Below the pieces are notes generated by a model. It saw only the letters and a program-made list of their open reading frames with translations. It was not told the DNA's origin and made no database searches. From positions 5,456,001 to 5,520,000 of the forward strand of contig JBHGNT010000003.1 of assembly GCA_043228905.1 (NCBI GenBank): a DNA stretch of 64,000 nucleotides, given 5' to 3'. The stretch comes from Azolla caroliniana (taxonomy: Eukaryota; Plantae; Polypodiophyta). The translations under genes and the position numbers were made by a program. Positions 24,001 to 32,922 of this stretch are shown here, one piece after another. How positions within the stretch are numbered: the first letter of the stretch is position 1; each line of letters starts with the position of its first letter.

Positions 24001-24983
24001 GTCAGGTGGAACGATGCTCCGGAATCGACCACCCAGGTCGTCTCATCGCCGGCAATGTTTACTTCACTTTCTTCGGTGATGAGCATGATTTCTTCCTCAC
24101 TTGCCGCGAGTGCCGTTGTTCCTTTCCGGTCCTGCCCTCGCCGATCCGAACCTCTCCGGTCCGTGGCTCCCCGGTATGCACCGTTTCTCTCCGGTGACTT
24201 CTTCGAATCGGTGTCGTCGGCTCCGTTGTCCTTTCGGTAATGCCGACAATTCTTCCGGAAGTGCCCCGGCTTCCCACAGTGGAAGCATGTGGGTCTTCCT
24301 CTTGACTGCGACCGGGTCCCCGACTTCTCCCGTCTTTGCGGACTCCGGTTCCATTGTCTTCCCCGTTCCGATTCGGTGAGCAGCGCCTTCGAGTCGGGGG
24401 CCGGTTCTTTATCTCTCCGACGCGCTTCTTCGTTCAAAATACTTGTCTTTACCGTTTGTAGGGACAAGTTATCTTCGGTGCAGGAGGTGCTGAGAGTCAC
24501 CACCAGGTTCTCCCAGCTTTCCGGCAATGTACACATCAGGATGATGGCTTGCATTGCATCCTCCAATGGGAACTTGATCGCCGCAAGCTGGTTCACGAAT
24601 CCCATGAACGTGCTTACGTGTTCCACCATACTTTCGCCGTCCCGGTACTTGAGATTCACTATCTTCCTCATCAGGGAGGTCCGGTTCAACGCATTTTTCC
24701 TCTCGTAGAGGCCCGACAGCTTCCGCCACATCTCATATGCGTTGGTGTCGTTCGCCACATGTTGTAGAACGCTCACGTCTACGTATTGCCGAATGGTTGC
24801 AACGGCTTTCCGGTTCAGAAGCCTCCATTCCGACTCAAGTACCCCCTTCGGTATTTCCGACCTGTCAATCGGTTCGTACAGGTCCCGAACAATCAGAAGA
24901 TCCTCCATCTTGATCTTCCAGTCGGCGTAATTCTGCGCATTCAGCACCATCATCCCCGGCTGCCCGCTGCCGCCGCCTTCCAT
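21060..24983 (-). CDS. gag-pol: Gag-Pol polyprotein of copia E; premature TAG near the end of RNase H
   Basis: Likely start MEGGGSG. Motifs CFHCGKPGHFRKNC, WVVDSGAS, LWHKRLCH, HTDVC, RADNGGEY, YVDDML, STTEAEY. TGG>TAG at 21060-21062; the homologous frame continues to ~20907. Confidence 0.93.
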   Translation of the reverse strand: MEGGGSGQPGMMVLNAQNYADWKIKMEDLLIVRDLYEPIDRSEIPKGVLESEWRLLNRKAVATIRQYVDVSVLQHVANDTNAYEMWRKLSGLYERKNALNRTSLMRKIVNLKYRDGESMVEHVSTFMGFVNQLAAIKFPLEDAMQAIILMCTLPESWENLVVTLSTSCTEDNLSLQTVKTSILNEEARRRDKEPAPDSKALLTESERGRQWNRSPQRREKSGTRSQSRGRPTCFHCGKPGHFRKNCRHYRKDNGADDTDSKKSPERNGAYRGATDRRGSDRRGQDRKGTTALAASEEEIMLITEESEVNIAGDETTWVVDSGASFHLTPERRYFSSYTAGEHGCVRMGNEGTCRIAGIGDVWLTTPTGCKMLLKDVRHVPEVRLNLISAGRLDDEGYTGSIRNGVMKFSKGSLIVARAQKDNTLYLMNARLCPEELNVAADTAGELWHKRLCHMSEKGMKRLAEDNLIPVKHVHLEKCTDCLAGKQNRTSFHSRPPTRRSAPLELVHTDVCQVETKSHGGAQYFVTFIDDHSRKLWTAPLKTKDQVLSVFKELHARVERESGKKLKAIRADNGGEYRGQFQEYCRSKGIRLEFTVPKTPELNGLAERMNRTIMERVRSMLAHAKLPKGFWAEAMSTATYVINRSPSVPLDGDTPQRVWTGREVSYRHLKVFGCLAYVHVAKDRRGKLDPKTRPCIFLGYGDDEFGYRVWDPVDKKIFRSRDIIFMENKTLADWESEKKMKSSKSTGEDQLYEEQSRPARDRLALEDPAEDGEETEPAEEDENDTRTGPDPEMDSDEEEESEEPVTEASERRYPLRERRARRRFPDPEHVLLTDEGEPESFEEAKHDTQSRRWLSAMQDEMDSLHENHTYELVELPKGKRALRNKWVFKLKPGDAGNPPRYKARIVVKGFQQKKGVDFDEIFAPVVKMTSIRMVLSIAASMDLEVEQMDVKTTFLHGDLDEEIYMQQPEGFEKKGKEHLVCRLKKSLYGLKQAPRQWYRKFDSFMTDEGYLKTQSDHCVFVKKFEGGDFLILLLYVDDMLIVGRDQVKIRMLKKALHRTFSMKDLGPARQILGMHIIRDRSKKQLWLSQEKYVTKVLKRFNMSEARPVGSTLPANCKLSSKQSPKTKAEKEDMMKVPYASAVGSLMYAMVCTRPDIGYAVGVVSRYMSNPGKEHWNAAKWILRYLKGTANVCLRFGSGKPELDGFTDSDMSADADTSRSTSGYVMTYAGGAVSWQSRLQKTVALSTTEAEYMAAVEAGKEIIWMKDFIRELGILQEEYRLYCDSQSAIHLAKNAAYHSRTKHIQRRYH

Positions 24984-25013
24984 TTTCTGCAGCAGCTCGC
25001 TCTGATACCAGTT

Positions 25014-25275
25014 TGTTGAAAACAGTGCTCGGCCACAACCGAGGAATAGGATCAACTCACAGAAAACAGGAAATACAAAATGCACAAAACAATAGAGAGA
25101 AAGGTACACTGGATGTTTTACGTGGAAAACCCTAAATGGGAAAAACCACGGGAGTCCTCAAACTCCAACTATCACTATGAACAGGGATGTACACTGGTGA
25201 AGCTACAAGGCAACAACCTTGAGCTCACTGTCTTCGCCACAGGCGGCGGCAATACACAGAGGCAACGACCTCTTC

Positions 25276-25306
<31 letters not shown>

Positions 25307-25694
25307 CTGCTCTCACTTCGCATGAAAATTAAGCAACAACAAAAAACTGTTTGCCCTAAGTCATATTTATACATATATGACTTTCGGGCTATTTACAAGT
25401 ATAGCCTCAAGGGCCCTTGGCAAACATATTCACAAATATGTCTCCGCATCCGGATCTCTCTCCGGGTACATACGTCATCCGGCTCCGTAACCGGGGTCTT
25501 CAGCATCCGGCTCCGTAACCGGGGTCTTCAGCATCCGGCTCCGTAACCGGGGTCTTCATCATCCGGATCCGCAGCCGGGTACTCTTCATCCGGCTTCATG
25601 CCGGGTACTCTTCATCATATGGTTCCGTAACAGCCTCCGGGCTTGCCTTCATTCATCTCCGGACATCCCATCCGGAGGGACCGAAATCCCAACA
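25014..25694 (-). repeat. 5' LTR of copia E with (CT)14 and three 28-bp units
   Basis: 26 bp shorter than the other LTR, as expected from one unit fewer and one CT more. Confidence 0.95.
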
Positions 25695-28497
25695 CATGTA
25701 GGAATGCCGTCTTGATGTCGAGTTGCTCTACCTCGAGGTCCATGGTTGCTGCTATCCCCAATACTGTCGCGATGGATGTCATCTTTGCTACATGGGCAAA
25801 GATCTCGTCGAAATCCATTCCTTTCTTCTGCTAGAACCCCTTCACCTCGATTCGAGCTTTGTATGTTGGTGGGTTTCTGGCATCTCCTGGTTTCCGCTTG
25901 TACACCCACTTGTTCCGGAGTGCCCTCTTTCCTTTCGGCAATTCCGTCAGTTCATATGTGTGGTTCTCATGCAGGGAATCCATCTCATCCTAGATGGCAC
26001 TCAACCACTTGCGGCTGTGGGTGTCTCTCTTTGCTTCTTTGAAGCTTTCTGGCTCCCCTTCATCGGTTAGCAACACATGCTCTGCATCCGGAAATCTCTG
26101 AGGGGCTCTTCTCTCTCGGAGAGGATATCTCCGTCCTTGGTTTCTGACTACTGGTTCCTCCATTTGTTCCGAATCCGAATCCGATCCGGGATGTTGTCAA
26201 GTTTCAGTGTCTTCTTCTTCTTCCGTCGGTTCGGTTTCTTGTCAGTATCCGGCCGGTTCGTCGAGTGACATCCGGTTGCCCGCCAACATCCGGTTTTCAA
26301 CCAGCTAGGTCCTTGCGTCCTCAAACCAATTTTCATTGGATGATCTGGAGTTCATCATCTTCTTCTACGACTCCCAGTCAGCAATGGTCCTGTCTTCCAT
26401 GAAGACTATGTTCCGACTCTGGAACACCTTCTTGTCGACCAGATCCCACCCGGTAACTGAACACATCATTGTCGTATCCAAGGAATATACATGGCCTGAA
26501 CTTCGGATCCAGTTTTGCTCTCTTGTCCTTTGTAACATGCACATATGCGAGACACCCGAATACCTTCAGATGCCGGTAAGACATGTCCTTACCGGTCCAT
26601 ACTCTTTCTCCATCCAAGGGTACTGAGGGTGATCTGTTTATAACGTAAGTCGTCGTCATCAGCGCGTTAGCCCAAAATGTCTTGGGTAACTTGGCATGTC
26701 CTAGCATGCTGCAGACTCTCTCCATTATGGTATGATTCATCCATTCAGTCAGCCCGTTTAGTTCTGACGTCTTCGTCATGGTAAATTCTAGCCGGATTCC
26801 CTTCCATCGGCAGTACTCCTTAAACTGCCCCCGGTATTCTCCTCCATTGTTTGCTCGAACCGCCTTCAGCTTCCATCCGGTTTCTATTTCCACTCTCGCG
26901 TGGAATTGCTTGAAGACGGATCTCACCTGTGAACGGTGAGACCCACAGCTTCCGACTGCGGTCATCTATGAATGTCACGAAGTACTGCGATCTGGCATGT
27001 GACTTCGTGTCCACTTGACACACATTGGTATGCACCAACTCCAGTGGTGCATTCCGTCTCATCGATGGTCTTGACCGGAAGGAGGTTCGATTTTGCTTGC
27101 CGGCCAAGCAATCGGTACACTTCTCAAGTTGCACGTCCTTCACTGGAATGAGATTATCTTCAGCAAGTCTCTTCATCCCTTATGGCTCATATGACATAGT
27201 CTCTTGTGCCACAGCTCACCGGCACTGTTGGATGTTGCGTTCACTTCTTCCCGGCGTATCCGGACATTCATCAACTACAGTGTGTTGACCTTCCAGGCTC
27301 AAGCCAGTATTAGGCTCCCTTTGCTGAACTTCATTATTCTGTTTCGGATGCTACTCGTGTAGCCTTCATCATCCAGCCGACCGGTGTCGTGTTATTTTGC
27401 ATGCGCAGGAGAAACCAAGGCGGGACTGTGGGGGCCCTGAACCGGGGAATAGCCGAACAGAGGGAGGAGCAAAACGAAACCATGGCCGAGCTGCACACAC
27501 AGATACACAGAGAATTCATAAACAAGGTCGAACAACGAATAAGGCAAATGTATATATATATATATATATATTTAATCAAGATTACAGTTGGCTAGCCGGT
27601 AAGTGCCAACTCGCTGACACCAGCTCACACAACGCATACAACAAAAGAGATGGAGCCTCTGTTGGAAGCACTTGGGCTTTCCATGAAATAGAGGCAACCT
27701 CCCAAACCCTTCAGGGAACGATGAAAGATAGAGGAAAAGAGCTCGGTTTCAGTCCGACAACACTTAGTCCTCAACAACGCGATCCCCAATTAGTTTATTT
27801 TCCTCTCCTTTTATAGCAAAAGGAGAGAGGGCCGTTACAATTTGTTACACCACCTTTATTCTCTGTCCTTTCGAATAGAGATCCTCTTCGATTCCCTACG
27901 CAAAGAATTCGTGCTACCTAGGATAATCACTTCGCCTCCCTGTACCTAACTATAAAACATGTGCCCGCGTGTAAGGGCCGGTTCACGCACACTATCTGTC
28001 ATGATATGGCAAGACTCGAACCCATTACCTTATGGTATATGGGTCGAGCTCTTACCATCACACCATCTATTGTAATTCATAGGATATTATTTTCATTGAT
28101 GTTTTATTATAAGAAAGTAATGTATATTCTAGATTTCTCTGAAACATTCTAGAAGTTTCAGGATTACTCCTCACAACACTATAAAAGAAGGCACTAGACA
28201 TTATATTGAATCAAATTGGTTCAACACCAGTCTTAAGCCTCTTAGCCGCTCTGTACTTATCTTTTCACATAATATATTAGCTGCTATCATTATCTTTCTC
28301 TCTCTCTCTCCTCTTCTCACTTCCTCTCTCGGGAATCTCACGCAGTCTCGTCTTCTTAGTACTAATAGTACTTCTCTTAATAGTACTTCTCTTAATAGTA
28401 CTTTTCTTATTAGTACTAATTCCATCTCTGTTTTAGTACTATTCCTGACAATTTGAACCAATTTTCCTTCCTTTCCTCCTACCCTTTTCCCTATACT

Positions 28498-29655
28498 ATG
28501 ACTACTGTTAGTGCCCAAGAATATCAATCCGTTTTCTTCGAGTTACAGTGCCTAAAAGAAAAGTTTGTTGCCCTGGAACAAGAAAACCAACGGTTGATAG
28601 GGGATCTGCAACAAATCGCTCTCGAAAAACAACAAACGCAACAACAACATGGCGAGTTAGCGTTACGGGTACAACAACTCGAAGCGGCGTTGCAACAACA
28701 AGGATCAAGTCCCCAAGGATTTCATAAAGAGCCCAAGATTGGACTTCCTGTGAAATTTGATGGAACACGATCGCAATTCTGGGGATTCCTTAATCAGGTA
28801 CGCTTAGTCATCTAGATGCATCCTTCCCGATATCCCACTGATGCATCTCGAGTCGGCCTAATAGGCACGTTACTTAGCGGCTCAGCCTTGGCATGGTTCG
28901 CTCCACTTCTAGAAAAACAATCACCCTTGCTTAATAACTTTGAAGATTTTATTGGTGAGTTTAAAGCCTACTTTGGAGATACCGACAACATCAGGACGGC
29001 GATCAACAAGATCCAAAGATTGCGTCAAGGCGATCGTCCAGCCTCGGCCTACGCGGTCGATTTCCGTCTACTCGCCTCAGATATCCCCTGGGATGATCAG
29101 GCCCTCATGGAGCAGTTTCGCTACGGCTTGCGCAACGATGTCAAAGACTTGCTTTTAACCTTCCCCGAGGAACCAATGTCTCTTACGGAGGCAATCAGTC
29201 GAGCGGTTCAATGCGACAACCGCCTTTTCGAATGGCGTTCGGAACGTCAGTTACAAATACCACGCTCTCGGCCGGAACCCACATACGCCTCAGTCACGGC
29301 TAAACCGTTTGCACGCAATGTACCCCAAGCCAATATTCCAACACCGATGGAGATCGACACCATGCGTCGACGCGGCCCGTTATCGGAAGAAGAAAAGCAA
29401 CGACGACGTGCCAATCGATTATGTCTTTATTGCGGTGGACCAGGGCATATCGCCATCAATTGTCCCCATAGGCCAAGAAGATAGGTAAATCAAATCGTCG
29501 CCTGTACTAAACCCGAGTCAATTATTCCCTTCGAAATGTCTAATAGTATTAATAGTACTAATAGGGTGTCAGATAGTATTCATAGTACTAATAGCCCAAG
29601 TATCTCAAATAAATTTGAAGTCCTTAGTCAATTAGATGAAGAGTTAAACGATTGA
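28498..29655 (+). pseudogene. gag: Gag of the chromovirus (two premature TAG)
   Basis: PVKFDG, LRQGDRPASAY, PMEID, LCLYCGGPGHIAINC. Confidence 0.9.
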
Positions 29656-32600
29656 ATCCAGCCAAAATAGGAGCCGTTTGGTTGGACAACAGCCCTAGAT
29701 CTATACAGCGTATTAGTGGTTCCATTCCCTCTAAGCAAGTTAGCAATGTGTTCCTAGCCCATGTCATTGTTAGTACTAAAAGTACTCCTCCAGTACCCGT
29801 CCTAGCACTTTTAGATTCCGAAGCCAATTCCTGTTTCATGGATCGAAATTTTGCCCAAGCTTCTCAGATATCCTTAAGAAAACTTCCTTGTCCCACATCT
29901 GTAGTAGTCATTGATGGTCATCCCATTGCTTCCGGGAATATTGTAGAAGAATCAGAACCCATTCAAGTTGTCCTAGGTAGTTTTGTGTGTGTAATATCAT
30001 TTAATATAATTAGTAGTCTAGAGCATCCCATTGTCTTAGGATTACCTTGGTTTGAACTACATAATCCAGCCATAGATTGGAGAACAAGAGAAGTCCGATA
30101 TCGACCACCCCAAGAATCTACTCACCGAGTTTCGACCATTTCACTCCATCAATTACGCGAAGAAGGACACAAGGAGGCAATGTTCCTATTTGCAATATCA
30201 GTAAGGACTCCTCTATACAACTTCCGGCAAAATATCATCCTTATGCCGATGTATTTGACAAGGTAAAAGCCGGTACCCTTCCTCATCACCGTCCCTATGA
30301 CTGTCCCATCGATTTACAACCAGGAACCGAGCCACCATGGGGACCAATTTACAACTTGTCACCCACCGAGTTAGAAGTCCTTCGAGCCTACATAGAGGAG
30401 AACTTGGCAAGCGGGTTCATCCGTCATTCGAAATCTCCGGCCGGTGCACCCATCTTCTTTGTCAAGAAGAAAGATGGCTCACTTTGTCTCGTCGTTGATT
30501 ACCGCGGATTGAATAAGGTCACCATCCGGAATAGGTATACACTTCCTCTTATATCAAGTCTTTTGGAGCGAGTTAATGGTCCAAGTTTTTTACCAAAATC
30601 GATCTACGAGTAGCGTATAACCTCGTGCGGATCCGACCGGGAGATGAATGGAAGACCGCCTTTCGCACGCGATATGGGCATTTCGAGTATACTGTTATGC
30701 CGTTCGGCTTAACCAATGCACCCGCAGTCTTCCAACACATGGCAAATGATATATTCAGAGACCTCTTGGATATCTGTTTGATCATCTATCTGGATGATCT
30801 ATTGATTTATTCGAAGACCCAGCAAGAGCACGATTCTCATGTACTATTAATACTAAAACGACTCCGCGAGAATGGTCTTTATGCCAAGTTAGAAAAATGT
30901 AGCTTTGACTACAAGCAAGTGGAATTTCTAGGCTACGTCATCTCCTCAAAGGGCATCGCCATGGATCTAGTTAAAGTCCAAACTGTACTAGAGTGGCAAA
31001 TTCCACAGTCGGTACGAGATGTACAATGTTTTCTAGGTTTTGCTAACTTCTACCGTAAGTTTATACAGGATTACTCGAAGATTATTTTACCCCTCACACA
31101 ACTTACGAAGAAGGGCCAAGCATTTCTTTGGTCCATTGAAGCAGATATGGCTTTTCGGCATCTTAAGAATGCCTTTACATCAGCACCGATTCTAGCTCAT
31201 GTGGATACCAGCAAACCATTCGTCATGGAGGCCGATGCTTCAGATTTCGCTCTTGGTAGCATCCTTTCTCAACAAGGAGATAAAGAAGAGTTGCATCCGG
31301 TGGCTTTCCATTTGCACAAATTCGATGTCGCGGAAATCAACTACAAAATACATGACAAGGAGTTATTAGCCATCGTGGATTCATTTGTGCAATGGTGGCA
31401 TTTCTTAGAGGGCTCTCCACATCAGGTCATTGTCTTTAGTGATCATAAAAAGCTTGCTTATTTCCAGAACGCTCGCGTACTAAATCGACGGCAAGCTCGG
31501 TGGGCGCAATTCCTCACCCATTTCGACTTCAAAATCACATATCGACCGGGGAAACAACAAGGAAAAGCAGATGCACTATCACGACGTTTGTATCTTGCAC
31601 CTCGTCCTGGTGATCCAACATTTGATAATCAAAAACAAGTAATCTTGGGACCAACACGATTGCACACGATACAGATTTTTCACACCCCGATGGATTCACG
31701 GATTACCGATGACATACGTGCAAACTTGAAGACAGATAGCTTTGGTCAAGACATCCTGGCGCACATTGATACTTCTCGGGCATCCTGTTCTCAGTCTCAA
31801 CAACCAGGTATTGACTACCGACAATTCGAATATCATAATGGTTTGTTATTCTTTAAAAAGCGCATATATGTCCCCGATTGCTCCTGTCGCCTTCAAATCG
31901 TCCAACATTGTCACGACACCCATACAGCAGGACATTTCGGTAGTACTAAGACGTTGGAGCTAGTGCAACCGTCTTTTTGGTGGCCCCACATGCGCCGTTT
32001 TGTTGACGACTACGTTCGGACCTGTGATGCTTGCTGCCGAGCAAAGATGCCACGACACCATCCATATGGCTTGTTGGAACCCTTACCGATTCCAAGTAAG
32101 CCGTGGCAGTCTATTTGTCTTGATTTTATCACAGATTTGCCGTTCTCGCAGGGGTTCGATGCTATCTTAACCGTTGTCGATCGATATACGAAGATGGCAC
32201 ATTTCGTTCCGTGTACTAAGGCCATCACTAGCGAGGTGCAGAGAACTCGACGTTCCTTATGTCCGACGCTCGGCCACAACCGAGATTATTTACATACACA
32301 GAAAACAGGTAATGAAAACGCGACACAAAAGAGGAGAAATGGTACACAGGAGGTATACGTGGAAAACCCCAAACTAGGGGAAAAACCACGACAGCCCACA
32401 AGCTGCAAACTGTCACTATGCAGAAATATACAACAGTGAGATCACCGAGGCAAGGACCTCGTGCTCTCAGATCTTCGCCACAGGCGGCGGTTACAATAGA
32501 GGCGACGACCCGTCTCTCTCTCTCTCTCTCTCTGTACAGTTACGCGCTCTTATTTCTTCTTGCACCAACAAGGAAGAATAATAATCATACATACAAAAAA

Positions 32601-32922
32601 GTTTGCCCTAAGTCATATTTATACTAATATGACTTTTCGGCTATTTACAAAATGTAGCCTCGATGGGCTCCATCCGGCTCTCAGCAGTCGGGTACTCCTC
32701 ATCCGGTTCATACCGGGCCTACACCATCCGACTCTCCGAAGTCGGGTTCTCCTCATCCGGTTCATACAGGGCCTGCACCATCCGACTCTCCGAAGTCGGG
32801 TTCTCCTCATCCGGTTCATACCGGGCCTGCACCATCCGACTCTCCGAAGTCGGGGTCTCCTCATCCGGTTCATACCGGGCCTGCACCATCCGGAGGGACC
32901 TGTCTACCAACAAACTCCCCCT

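Larger units (their letters stand above)
20190..25694 (-). mobile_element. Copia E: young full-length Tnt1/Tto1-like LTR retrotransposon
   Basis: Near-identical LTRs at 20190-20896 and 25014-25694. Perfect TSD CATGT. PBS TGGTATCAGAGCG (tRNA-iMet) at 24998-25010. PPT at 20897-20910. Confidence 0.97.

Noticed and set aside
21184-25019. Many antisense and alternate-frame ORFs over pol regions
   Set aside because: These are shadow ORFs of GC-rich coding sequence with no recognisable motifs.
21060-25109. N-terminal extensions of the 1349-aa and 1347-aa ORFs
   Set aside because: They begin at non-ATG codons inside the LTR, upstream of the PBS. The real starts are probably MEGGG (24983) and MDESF (37048).
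28013-28065. Functional tRNA gene
   Set aside because: The acceptor, anticodon and T stems do not pair; only the A/B boxes and their spacing are tRNA-like.
32670-32892. Regular repeats (also 37510-37787, 40989-41210, 20650-20760) as a CRISPR array or repeat protein
   Set aside because: They are head-to-tail units without unique spacers, lie inside LTR U3, and have no cas genes nearby. The LHHPTLRSRV ORFs arise because 54 bp is a multiple of three.
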